A DNA stretch of 64,000 bases from NCBI GenBank assembly GCA_964016885.1, contig OZ024766.1, forward strand, positions 5,704,001 to 5,768,000. Reading direction: 5' to 3'. The translations under genes were made by a program, and so were the position numbers. The notes under the pieces were generated by a model. The model had not been told where the DNA came from, searched no databases, and saw only the letters and a program-made list of their open reading frames with translations. This document shows, one piece after another, positions 16,424-30,009 of the stretch (its first letter is position 1; each line of letters begins with the position of its first letter). The stretch is from Eledone cirrhosa (lineage: Eukaryota).

Positions 16424-16623
16424 NNNNNNNNNNNNNNNNNNNNNNNNNNNNNNNNNNNNNNNNNNNNNNNNNNNNNNNNNNNNNNNNNNNNNNNNNNNNN
16501 NNNNNNNNNNNNNNNNNNNNNNNNNNNNNNNNNNNNNNNNNNNNNNNNNNNNNNNNNNNNNNNNNNNNNNNNNNNNNNNNNNNNNNNNNNNNNNNNNNNN
16601 NNNNNNNNNNNNNNNNNNNNNNN
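16424..16623. other. Assembly gap (200 N)
   Basis: Run of n characters. Confidence 0.99.
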
Positions 16624-16713
16624 CAAGCAAGACAACCAATCTTGCTTCAAGTGGGACAATTCCCATCTAAACCCATGCTAGCGTGAAAGGTAGACGTTAA
16701 ACGATGATGATGA

Positions 16714-16749
<36 letters not shown>

Positions 16750-16872
16750 GGAAAGTTATATTTAAATTGTTGGGTTACAACTAGTAAATATTTATAACTG
16801 ATATAAAAGCACTCAACAAGTATTTGGAGTATATTTACGATATTAAATAAATGGAAACTATATTTATAAAAC

Positions 16873-16950
16873 CATATTTATTTCATTATATATATTTCAG
16901 GGATATCATATTAACAATATGCTATGCCTTCCTCAGACAAAATACAATAT
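16873..16950 (-). ncRNA. Minimal type I hammerhead ribozyme (family A, copy 4; CUGAGGA core)
   Basis: Minus strand: tattttgt-CTGAGGA-aggcatagcatatt-gtt-aatatgatatccct-GAAA-tatata-TA-atgaaata. Confidence 0.7.
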
Positions 16951-17137
16951 AAACAGTTTTATAGATAAATATATTCGACATACCGTAATAAACATCAACT
17001 TCATTTGAAGAGGTTTACTCTATATCATATTGTTAATATGATATCCCCGAAATATATATAATGAAATAAATATGGTTTTATAAATATAGTTTTCCATTTA
17101 TTTAATATTGTATATATATATATATATATTATATATA

Positions 17138-17432
<295 letters not shown>

Positions 17433-17462
17433 TATATATATATATATAAGGACGATATATAT

Positions 17463-18876
17463 ATCATCATCATCGTTTAATGTCCATTTTCCACACTAAC
17501 ATGGGTTCGACGGGTTGTCCCATTGGAAGCAAGTTGGGTCAGGTGACCATGTTTTGCACATACAGAGCTGTTTCTGGCTTGGTTTCTATGGCTGGATGCC
17601 CCTCCTAATACAAACCTCATTTACAGGGTGGACTGGGTGCTTTTTGTCATGACACCTACATGACCACTTTACAGTGTGGACTGAGTGCTTTTTGTCATGA
17701 CACCTACATGACCACTTTACAGTGTGGACTGGGTGCTTTTTGTCATGACACCTACATGACCACTTTACAGTGTGGACTGGGTGCTTTTTGTCATGACACC
17801 TACATGACCACTTCACAGTGTGGACTGGGTACTTTTTGTCATGACACCTACATGACCACTTTACAGTGTGGACTGGGTGCTTTTTGTTGTGACACCTACA
17901 TGACCACTTTACAGTGTGGACTGGGTGCTTTTTGTCATGAGACCTACATGATCACTTTACAGTGTGGACTGGGTGCTTTTTGTAATGACACCTACATGAC
18001 CACTTTACTGTGTGGACTGAGTTCTTTTTGTCATGACACCTACATGATCACTTTACAGTGTGGACTGGGTGCTTTTTGTTGTGACACCTACATGACCACT
18101 TTACAGTGTGGACTGGGTGCTTTTTGTCGTGACACCAACAGGACCACTTTACTGTGTGGACAGTGCTTTTTGTCATGAGACCTACATGATCACTTTACAG
18201 TGTGGACTGGGTGCTTTTTGTCGTGACACCTACATGACCACTTTACAGTGTGGACTGGGTGCTTTTTGTTGTGACACCTACATAACCACTTTACTGTGTG
18301 GACTGGGTGCTTTTTGTTGTGACACCTACATGACCACTTTACTGTGTGGACTGGGTGCTTTTTGTCATGAGACCTACATGATCACTTTACAGTGTGGACT
18401 GGGTGCTTTTTGTAATGACACCTACATGATCACTTTACAGTGTGGACTGGGTGCTTTTTGTTGTGACACCTACATGACCACTTTACAGTGTGGACTGGGT
18501 GCTTTTTGTCGTGACACCAACAGGACCACTTTACTGTGTGGACTGAGTGCTTTTTGTCATGAGACCTACATGATCACTTTACAGTGTGGACTGGGTGCTT
18601 TTTGTCGTGACACCTACATGACCACTTTACAGTGTGGACTGGGTGCTTTTTGTCAAGACATCTACATGACCACTTTACTGTGTGGACTGGGTGCTTTTTG
18701 TTGTGACACCTACATGACCACTTTACTGTGTGGACTGGGTGGTTTTTGTCATGACACCTACATGACCACTTTACAGTGTGGACTGGGTGGTTTTTGTCAT
18801 GACACCTACATGACCACTTTACAGTGTGGACTGGGGGCTTTTTGTCATGAGACCTACATGACCACTTTACAGTGTG
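17463..18876 (-). mobile_element. SINE tail plus 48-bp internal-unit minisatellite (~26 copies)
   Basis: Reverse SINE tail (catcatcatcgtttaatgtcc...ggctggatgccc) followed by unit ggactgggtgctttttgtcatgacacctacatgaccactttacagtgt. Confidence 0.8.
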
Positions 18877-18971
18877 TGCTGGAGACTTCAATGGATGTAT
18901 ACTACAACCTGTCCTCATGTGTGGGAGGATGGAAATGGTGTTGCATCTATATATCTATCTATCTATCTATA

Positions 18972-19507
18972 GGTCTGTGGGAGCCGATTCGATTGACCGC
19001 CGAGTCCGTGATGACAATCAAGCCGCCTCCCCTCTTCACAAAGGAAGCAAAGGCGGTTTTTCTGTGCGTAATAGCCATGTTGAAAGAGGTTGTTTGGTGG
19101 ACACGATTGAAAGGTCTGAGGTCAGGCAACTTCCTCTCTGGCCATAGTCTGGTCTACTTCTTCCGATATCACTTCAGAAGAAGGATAAGAATGGAGAGAG
19201 AGGTGCTTGGCCACAGGCAGTTTTATGAAAGGTGGGTGATAGTGGCGAGAATGGCTCGTGTAAATGGGCCTTCTCTGTATACCATCCTGTAGGTAAAGAA
19301 GTGAAGGAGAGGGGAGCACCTTCTCCATGTGCTCCCCGGGCAAAGGATTGCACACTTTTTCGGGGGTGTGTGCAACCCCATCACGTCCCCTCCCTTTTGA
19401 GGTTGTTTTCGATTATTTTCATTTTATACCCTTTTTACTCGGTTTTATGTAAACTCCCCCTTTGTATTTGTCCCTTCTTTTTATGCCTTTATGGTAAATA
19501 AAGAAAT
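18972..19507 (+). mobile_element. 5'-truncated Tx1/L1-like LINE 3' end
   Basis: ...EAKAVFLCVIAMLKEVVWWTRLKGLRSGNFLSGHSLVYFFRYHFRRRIRMEREVLGHRQFYERWVIVARMARVNGPSLYTIL*, plus UTR ending aataaagaaa. Confidence 0.72.
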
Positions 19508-19596
19508 ATATCTATGTATAGGTCTGTGAGTCTATCTGTCTAACCATCTATTTGTCCAGCAATCCATCTATCTATCTATCTATCCCTCTCTTTCAG

Positions 19597-19797
19597 CTGG
19601 AATCTTCCGAAAGACATTCCAAAGACTTTCCCACATCCATCCGAAAGTTCTGTATCCTATCCCAAACTTCTCATCATTCCAGAAGGATGCTCCACCGCCT
19701 ACAGAAGATATATTCCCACCGGGCAAGAAATGTGTTTTTCTCTCCATCAACCGATATGAGCGCAAGAAGAACCTGGCTCTCGCATTGCACGCTTTCA
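19597..19797 (+). CDS. ALG2: ALG2 penultimate exon
   Basis: tttcag|CT GGA ATC...TTC A|gtaagt; [66 protein letters not shown]. Confidence 0.93.
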
Positions 19798-22700
19798 GTA
19801 AGTAACTGTTGATGGTATTGTGTACCTAGGACTACATTATCTAATGTGTCCTGTCTTATATACAGACACAGTCTATCTAGGACTACATTATCTAATGTGT
19901 CCTGCCTTATATACAGACACAGTCTACCTAGGACTACATTATCTAATGTGTCCTGTCTTATATACAGACACAGTCTATCTAGGACTACATTATCTAATGT
20001 GTCCTGTCTTATATACAGACACAGTCTATCTAGGACTACATTATCTAATGTGTCCTGTCTTATATACAGACACAGTGTACCTAGGACTACATTATCTAAT
20101 GTGTCCTGTCTTATATACAGACACAGTGTATCTAGGACTACATTATCTAATGTGTCCTGTCTTATATACAGACACAGTCTACCTAGGACTACATTATCTA
20201 ATGTGTCCTGTCTTATATACAGACACAGTGTATCTAGGACTACATTATCTAATGTGTCCTGTCTTGTATACAGACACAGTGTATCTAGGACTACATTATC
20301 TAATGTGTCCTGTCTTATATACAGACACAGTCTATCTAGGACTACATTATCTAATGTGTCCTGTCTTATATACAGACACAGTGTACCTAGGACTACATTA
20401 TCTAATGTGTCCTGTCTTATATACAGACACAGTGTATCTAGGACTACATTATCTAATGTGTCCTGTCTTATATACAGACACAGTCTACCTAGGACTACAT
20501 TATCTAATGTGTCCTGTCTTATATACAGACACAGTGTATCTAGGACTACATTATCTAATGTGTCCTGTCTTATATACAGACACAGTGTACCTAGGACTAC
20601 ATTATCTAATGTGTCCTGTCTTATATACAGACACAGTGTATCTAGGACTACATTATCTAATGTGTCCTGTCTTATATACAGACACAGTCTACCTAGGACT
20701 ACATTATCTAATGTGTCCTGTCTTATATACAGACACAGTGTATCTAGGACTACATTATCTAATGTGTCCTGTCTTATATACAGACACAGTGTACCTAGGA
20801 CTACATTATCTAATGTGTCCTGTCTTATATACAGACACAGTCTACCTAGGACTACACTATCTAATGTGTCCTGTCTTATATACAGACACAGTGTATCTAG
20901 GACTACATTATCTAATGTGTCCTGTCTTATATACAGACACAGTGTACCTAGGACTACATTATCTAATGTGTCCTGTCTTATATACAGACACAGTCTACCT
21001 AGGACTACATTATCTAATGTGTCCTGTCTTATATACAGACACAGTCTATCTAGGACTACATTATCTAATGTGTCCTGTCTTATATACAGACACAGTCTAT
21101 CTAGGACTACATTATCTAATGTGTCCTGTCTTATATACAGACACAGTCTATCTAGGACTACATTATCTAATGTGTCCTGTCTTATATACAGACACAGTGT
21201 ACCTAGGACTACATTATCTAATGTGTCCTGTCTTATATACAGACACAGTGTACCTAGGACTACATTATCTAATGTGTCCTGTCTTATATACAGACACAGT
21301 CTACCTAGGACTACATTATCTAATGTGACCTGTCTTATATACAGACACAGTCTATCTAGGACTACATTATCTAATGTGTCCTGTCTTATATACAGACACA
21401 GTGTATCTAGGACTACATTATCTAATGTGTCCTGTCTTATATACAGACACAGTCTATCTAGGACTACATTATCTAATGTGTCCTGTCTTATATACAGACA
21501 CAGTGTATCTAGGACTACATGATCTAATGTGTCCTGTCTTATATACAGACACAGTCTACCTAGGACTACATTATCTAATGTGACCTGTCTTATATACAGA
21601 CACAGTCTATCTAGGACTACATTATCTAATGTGACCTGTCTTATATACAGACACAGTGTACCTAGGACTACATTATCTAATGTGACCTGTCTTATATACA
21701 GACACAGTCTACCTAGGACTACATTATCTAATGTGACCTGTCTTATATACAGACACAGTCTATCTAGGACTACATTATCTAATGTGTCCTGTCTTATATA
21801 CAGACAGTCTATCTAGGACTACATTATCTAATGTGTCCTGTCTTATATACAGACACAGTGTATCTAGGACTACATTATCTAATGTGTCTTGTCTTATATA
21901 CAGACACAGTCTATCTAGGACTACATTATCTAATGTGTCCTGTCTTATATACAGACACAGTGTATCTAGGACTACATTATCTAATGTGTCCTGTCTTATA
22001 TACAGACACAGTGTATCTAGGACTACATTATCTAATGTGTCCTGTCTTATATACAGACACAGTCTACCTAGGACTACAATATCTAATGTGTCCTGTCTTA
22101 TATACAGACACAGTCTACCTAGGACGACAATATCTAATGTGTCCTGTCTTATATACAGACACAGTGTATCTAGGACAACAATATCTAATGTGTCCTGCCT
22201 TATATACAGACACAGTGTACCTAGGACTACATTATCTAATGTGTCCTGTCTTATATACAGACACAGTCTATCTAGGACTACATTATCTAATGTATCCTGT
22301 CTTATATACAGACACAGTATATCTAGGACTACATTATCTAATGTGTCCTGTCTTATATACAGACACGGTCTATCTAGGACTACATTATCTAATATGTCCT
22401 GTCTTATATACAGACACAGTGTACCTAGGACTACATTATCTAATGTGTCCTGTCTTATATACAGACACAGTCTACCTAGGACTACATTATCTAATGTGAC
22501 CTGTCTTATATACAGACACAGTATATCTAGGACTACATTATCTAATGTGTCCTGTCTTATATACAGACACAGTGTATCTAGGACTACATGATCTAATGTG
22601 TCCTGTCTTATATACAGACACAGTCTACCTAGGACTACATTATCTAATGTGTCCTGTCTTATATACAGACACGGTCTATCTAGGACTACATTATCTAATA

Positions 22701-25700
22701 TGTCCTGTCTTATATACAGACACAGTGTACCTAGGACTACATTATCTAATGTGTCCTGTCTTATATACAGACACAGTCTACCTAGGACTACATTATCTAA
22801 TGTGACCTGTCTTATATACAGACACAGTATATCTAGGACTACATTATCTAATGTGTCCTGTCTTATATACAGACACAGTGTATCTAGGACTACATGATCT
22901 AATGTGTCCTGTCTTATATACAGACACAGTCTACCTAGGACTACATTATCTAATGTGACCTGTCTTATATACAGACACAGTCTATCTAGGACTACATTAT
23001 CTAATGTGACCTGTCTTATATACAGACACAGTGTACCTAGGACTACATTATCTAATGTGACCTGTCTTATATACAGACACAGTCTACCTAGGACTACATT
23101 ATCTAATGTGACCTGTCTTATATACAGACACAGTCTATCTAGGACTACATTATCTAATGTGTCCTGTCTTATATACAGACACAGTCTATCTAGGACTACA
23201 TTATCTAATGTGTCCTGTCTTATATACAGACACAGTGTATCTAGGACTACATTATCTAATGTGTCCTGTCTTATATACAGACACGGTCTATCTAGGACTA
23301 CATTATCTAATATGTCCTGTCTTATATACAGACACAGTGTACCTAGGACTACATTATCTAATGTGTCCTGTCTTATATACAGACACAGTCTATCTAGGAC
23401 TACATTATCTAATGTGTCCTGTCTTATATACAGACACAGTGTACCTAGGACTACATTATCTAATGTGTCCTGTCTTATATACAGACACAGTGTATCTAGG
23501 ACAACAATATCTAATGTGTCCTGCCTTATATACAGACACAGTGTACCTAGGACTACATTATCTAATGTGTCCTGTCTTATATACAGACACAGTCTATCTA
23601 GGACTACATTATCTAATGTATCCTGTCTTATATACAGACACAGTATATCTAGGACTACATTATCTAATGTGTCCTGTCTTATATACAGACACAGTGTACC
23701 TAGGACTACATTATCTAATGTGTCCTGTCTTATATACAGACACAGTGTATCTAGGACTACATTATCTAATGTGTCCTGTCTTATATACAGACACGGTCTA
23801 TCTAGGACTACATTATCTAATATGTCCTGTCTTATATACAGACACAGTGTACCTAGGACTACATTATCTAATGTGTCCTGTCTTATATACAGACACAGTC
23901 TACCTAGGACTACATTATCTAATGTGACCTGTCTTATATACAGACACAGTATATCTAGGACTACATTATCTAATGTGTCCTGTCTTATATACAGACACAG
24001 TGTATCTAGGACTACATGATCTAATGTGTCCTGTCTTATATACAGACACAGTCTACCTAGGACTACATTATCTAATGTGTCCTGTCTTATATACAGACAC
24101 GGTCTATCTAGGACTACATTATCTAATATGTCCTGTCTTATATACAGACACAGTGTACCTAGGACTACATTATCTAATGTGTCCTGTCTTATATACAGAC
24201 ACAGTCTACCTAGGACTACATTATCTAATGTGACCTGTCTTATATACAGACACAGTATATCTAGGACTACATTATCTAATGTGTCCTGTCTTATATACAG
24301 ACACAGTCTATCTAGGACTACATTATCTAATGTGTCCTGTCTTATATACAGACACAGTGTATCTAGGACTACATTATCTAATGTGTCTTGTCTTATATAC
24401 AGACACAGTCTATCTAGGACTACATTATCTAATGTGTCCTGTCTTATATACAGACACAGTGTACCTAGGACTACATTATCTAATGTGTCCTGTCTTATAT
24501 ACAGACACAGTCTACCTAGGACGACATTATCTAATGTGTCCTGTCTTATATACAGACACAGTGTACCTAGGACTACATTATCTAATGTGTCCTGTCTTAT
24601 ATACAGACACAGTGTACCTAGGACTACATTATCTAATGTGTCCTGTCTTATATACAGACACAGTCTACCTAGGACTACAATATCTAATGTGTCCTGTCTT
24701 ATATACAGACACAGTCTACCTAGGACTACATTATCTAATGTGTCCTGTCTTATATACAGACACAGTGTACCTAGGACTACATTATCTAATGTGTCCTGTC
24801 TTATATACAGACACAGTCTACCTAGGACTACATTATCTAATGTGTCCTGTCTTATATACAGACACAGTCTACCTAGGACTACATTATCTAATGTGTCCTG
24901 TCTTATATACAGACACAGTGTACCTAGGACTACATTATCTAATGTGTCCTGTCTTATATACAGACACAGTCTACCTAGGACTACATTATCTAATGTGTCC
25001 TGTCTTATATACAGACACAGTGTACCTAGGACTACATTATCTAATGTGTCCTGTCTTATATACAGACACAGTGTATCTAGGACTACATTATCTAATGTGT
25101 CCTGTCATATATACAGACACAGTGTATCTAGGACTACATTATCTAATGTGTCCTGTCATATATACAGACACAGTGTACCTAGGACTACATTATCTAATGT
25201 GTCCTGTCCTTATATCATTATAAGATATATTATTATTATTATTATTATTGTCTTTTCAGTGGCGCTGGAAGAACAGGTGTCCGAGCACAAAGATGTCCAT
25301 CTCGTGGTTGCCGGGGGCTACGACGAGAGAGTAACCGAGAATCGGCAGCATTACCTGGAACTTCGTCAGCTGGCGGCCAAACTGAAAATCGAAGACGGCG
25401 TGACCTTCGTTCGGTCGTTCACCTCGGCACAGAAACTAACTCTGTTATCGCACGCCACGTGCCTCCTGTACACTCCCGACCAGGAACACTTCGGCATCGT
25501 ACCAGTCGAAGCGATGTACATGAAGCTGCCCGTGATAGCAGTAGGGAGCGGTGGACCCCTGGAGACTGTTGAACACGGGGTCACGGGTTTCCACTGCCCC
25601 CCGACGCCCGAAGCGTTCTCCGAATCGATGCGTCGGTTCGTCGACGACCCGAAACTGAAGCTGCGCATGGGCGAAGCGGGGCGAGAACGCGTGGAGAAGC

Positions 25701-25825
25701 TTTTCTCGTTCGACGTCTTCACCGAGAAGCTGAATAGCGTCGTCATGGGTTTGTTGTCAGGCAGCAAGGGTGGTGGTGATTGTGGTGGGGTGTCTGGCTG
25801 TCGTGACAGCGTGGCGCCTTTGTGA
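19597..25825 (+). CDS. ALG2: ALG2 alpha-1,3/1,6-mannosyltransferase (GT4 family), last two coding exons; 5' exons not in window
   Basis: Exon 19597-19797 splices to 25260-25825 in phase 1. Motifs [45 protein letters not shown] and GSGGPLETV match the ALG2 C-terminal half as I recall it. Confidence 0.95.
19818..25209 (+). repeat. 51-bp minisatellite, ~105 copies, filling the ALG2 intron
   Basis: Unit ctaggactacattatctaatgtgtcctgtcttatatacagacacagt(g/c)ta(c/t). Confidence 0.97.
25260..25825 (+). CDS. ALG2: ALG2 terminal coding exon
   Basis: tcttttcag|TG GCG CTG...; ends with TGA at 25823-25825. Confidence 0.95.
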
Positions 25826-25979
25826 CAGGTTGTCGAGGTAACGAGGGAGATGGTTATGATTGTGTGTGTCTGTGTGTGTGTGTGTATCTATGGGTGAATG
25901 TATGTGTATATACATGTATATGTGTATTTATATATATGTATGTGAGTGTATGTGTACATATATATATATATAAAATAAT

Positions 25980-26358
25980 GGAGGCACATGGCTTAGTGGT
26001 TAGAGCATTGGCCTTGCAATCGAAAGGTTGTGAGTTCAATTCTCAGACCGGGTGATGTGTTGTTTCCTTGAGCAAGACACTTTATTTCACATTGCTCCAG
26101 TTTACTCAGCTGTAGAAATGAGATAATAGGGACTGGGGTCCCTATCATTCCACTGCAAAGTGGTCGTGGAGGTGCCACGTCAAAAAAGCACCCAGCACTT
26201 ACTGTAAAGTGGTCGTGTAGGCGCCACGGAAAGAAAGCACCCAGCACTCACTGTAAATGAGGTTGGTGTTAGGAAGGGCATCCAGCTGTAGAAATCAAGC
26301 CAGGATCAGTTCCCGTCCCACCCTTGCAAGCAGGGAAAAGTGGACGTAAAATGAATGA
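25980..26358 (+). mobile_element. tRNA-derived SINE, full length
   Basis: A box tggcttagtgg, B box gagttcaattc, central ccttgagcaagacactt, tail ...ggacgtaaaatga; near-identical copies at 37529, 51034, 54884 and 61189. Confidence 0.85.
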
Positions 26359-26392
26359 AAATGTATGTATACAAATAGTTGTGTCTATATTT

Positions 26393-26423
<31 letters not shown>

Positions 26424-26848
26424 ATTGGACATATGAGAGGGATAAACACAGATATAAGTATACATGTGTTCCAATTGCAAATGACCAAGTTAGCTAAGTT
26501 GAACAAATACTAATTTAAAACAATATGGTTTGCCTGACTCAATTTAAAATAAAAGAGTATTTTGAGTTACTAACTCAATCTATCATATATATATGCAAAA
26601 GTTCTATTTAAATTGTTGGGATACAACAAGCAAATATTTTTATAACTGATATAAAGCACTCAACAAGTATTTGGAGTAAACATACGATATTAACAAATGG
26701 AAACTATATTTATAAAACCATATTTATTTCATTATACATTTCCAATACTAATAATAATATAAGTAAACAACTCCACTATCCGGGAGCTTCCAACAGTAAT
26801 GGTTGCATTTTTTAAGGGTATGTCAATATTTATTTATAAAACTGATCT

Positions 26849-26926
26849 ATATTATATTTTGTCTGATGAAAGCACACCATAATTTGACTTGGTGTCCTTG
26901 AAATATGTATAATGAAATAAATATGG
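26849..26926 (+). ncRNA. Minimal type I hammerhead ribozyme (family A, copy 5; covarying stem II)
   Basis: tattttgt-CTGATGA-aagcacacca..tggtgtcctt-GAAA-tatgta-TA-atgaaata; two compensatory pair changes relative to copy 1. Confidence 0.78.
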
Positions 26927-26955
26927 TTTTATAAACATAGTTTCCATTTGTTAAT

Positions 26956-27298
<343 letters not shown>

Positions 27299-27438
27299 GA
27301 AATGACAGGAGGCTGGATTTGTGTAAATCCTTAAAAGGTTTATTATACTATGATCATTTCAATGACCGGGCTCCGTATGAATCCGGTGATGTCATACGGA
27401 ATAGACCAGCTCTATCAAGTGGTGAACCTCAAACCTGA

Positions 27439-27522
<84 letters not shown>

Positions 27523-27809
27523 CAGCTTAAAGTTTAAGCAAAGGATCGCTGCTTTCACCCTTAACGGGAGCTTCTGAAATACTGTATATATATATCGAGA
27601 GAGAGATATCTATAGTATATATGTGTATATATATATATATGTATGTGTGTGTGAATAGTCACTTAAACGTATATGTATATATATACACAGCTATATATAT
27701 ATAATATATATATATATATATACAGCCCATATATATAAACCTATGTATATATTTATATAATATATATATATACATATTTAAACATATATAAATTCACCTA
27801 TATATTTAT

Positions 27810-27850
<41 letters not shown>

Positions 27851-28282
27851 ACCTATTTATATATATACATATATATATATACACCTATTTATATATATAC
27901 ATATATATATATATACACCTAATTATATATATAATATATAGAGATATTTTATATTTTTTATTTTCTCATTAAAAGTTGTTGGAATTATTTTTCTATATTA
28001 ATGTCTGTTTTTGTTGTTATTGTTAGTATATAATGGCCCCTAAATCTGTATAAAGGATGTTGTCATGTATTTTGAAACAAACTGAAGGGTCCTTGTAATC
28101 CCTTGTTTGGCAAGCTTTCTACAGCTGGCTGGATGCCCTTATATATATATATTGTTATACTTTGGGAGGGTCATGTTGCCAATAAGAAACACACGCACCA
28201 GTTGCTTTCAAGTATAACAATATCGGTTTCAACACACGATTTCAGATAAAGAATCTTGCTCAACAAATTCAGAATCGAAATA

Positions 28283-28318
<36 letters not shown>

Positions 28319-28498
28319 CAAAAGGCATATTCAGTTTGTTGGTAACTCAACAAATATAAATGTTTATAACTGATTCAAAGCACTCAACAGGTTTTCTGGA
28401 GTATATATTCAATGATATTAAATAAATGGAAACTATATTTATAAATATAGAATAAATATGGTTTTATAAATATATTTTCCATTTATTTAATATCATTG

Positions 28499-28548
<50 letters not shown>

Positions 28549-29016
28549 AACTTAGGGTTTACACTCAATGGGGTCATTTACAATCATTTCAGCTCTAAGA
28601 ATCGCTTCTGAGCAGAATAAATTAATATTTGATGAACATTTACATGTTTTAGTTGCAATTGACTAATAAAATCGTTAGAATGAAATATATTAAGATATAT
28701 TAAGATATATCATTCTAACGATTTTATTAATCAATTGCAACTAAAACATGTAAATGTTCATCAAATATTAATATATATATATATTTTGAGTATATGTTGG
28801 TTGTTTACCGCCCCTCAGTATGCAGGTTGGACCACTCAACAAAGTACACAGGTTGGTTTGTTTACTCTGGAGTTATGTAAAATAAGTAAGTCAAACATAT
28901 TAAATTTGGCTTCCAGTTCCTCGGAGGATTAACAGCACACCCAGGAGCTGGACATATCGATGAATTGACAGAGTGGAAGACATTTCAACACCATGTTTAC
29001 CTGTTTTTTCTACATT

Positions 29017-29083
29017 AATTCTTACTGCCTGATGAGGTCACAGCCAATAATGGCTGTCATTGAAATATATATAGCAGAGAATT
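29017..29083 (+). ncRNA. Minimal type I hammerhead ribozyme (family C)
   Basis: aattctta-ctgc-CTGATGA-ggtcacagcca-ataa-tggctgtcatt-GAAA-tatata-TA-gcag-agaatt; predicted cleavage after 29073. Confidence 0.8.
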
Positions 29084-29522
29084 TATAATAAACGAAGCCA
29101 AATTTAACATGTTTGACTTACTTATTTTATATATCTATTTCATATACTTATTTTATATATATATATATATATTTTTGACCGTTGGTCAGTCAATGGTAAC
29201 ATTGAGGACTGAATAAATTAAATTAACCGATATAAAGGACACAGAAGCGAAAACCGACCAAACAGTGAGTGTGTTCTGTTATTAATTCTGGCAATATTAT
29301 TACAACAATATGACCCTCCCCAAGTATAACAATATATATATATATTTATTAAAATAACAGATTAATATTTGCTCTACGATTCTTATATATTTGATATATA
29401 TTTATCCTTATCGAGCTCTCTTTGAATTTTAGTCTTTAAATTTATTATTATTACTATATATATATATATATATATTGTTATACTAGGGGAGGGTCATATT
29501 TGTGTAATATATATATATATAT

Positions 29523-29748
29523 GGAGGCACATGGCTTAGTGGTTAGAGCATTGGCCTTGCAATCGAAAAAAAGCACCCAGCACTCACTGTAAAGTGGTCG
29601 TGGAGGTGCCACGGAAAGAAAGCACCCAGCACTCACTGTAAATGAGGTTGGTGTTAGGAAGGGCATCCAGCTAGAGAAATCAAGCCAGAATCAGTTCCCG
29701 TCCCACCCTTGCAAGCAGGGAAAAGCGGACGTAAAATGATGATGATGA
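29523..29748 (+). mobile_element. tRNA-SINE copy with internal deletion (B box and central region lost)
   Basis: Head ...gcaatcgaaa is joined directly to aaaagcacccagcac; normal tail. Confidence 0.8.
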
Positions 29749-30009
29749 TATATATATATACACACACATACGGTGCCCCAGCATGGCCTCAGCCGGATGG
29801 CTGAAACAGGTAAAAGAGTATACACCCATACCAAAACTAGTGATTTCCCAGAGGAGGACAGTCTGTCTTCCCGTTATTTTTTCGATTATCTTTGTCCTGT
29901 GTGCTCCCTATTTTCAATATGTATATATATTTACACAACACAAGCTTATATATAAATATGTTTATGTATATATATATATATATACACACACCATAAAAAT
30001 ATATCTTCA

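Noticed and set aside
19820-25223. 500-600-aa repeat ORFs ([17 protein letters not shown] / [15 protein letters not shown])
   Set aside because: 51-bp intronic minisatellite. Read-through from the ALG2 exon hits a stop at once (AGT AAG TAA), and the array has internal stops and a frameshift.
25980-26050. tRNA gene
   Set aside because: A/B boxes are present, but it is the head of a multi-copy SINE with no proper acceptor stem or terminator.
28575-28625. Hammerhead on the minus strand (agagct-GAAA-tgattg-TA)
   Set aside because: The right half is plausible but there is no CUGANGA core upstream. Likewise 17020-17075 is a core-less half copy.
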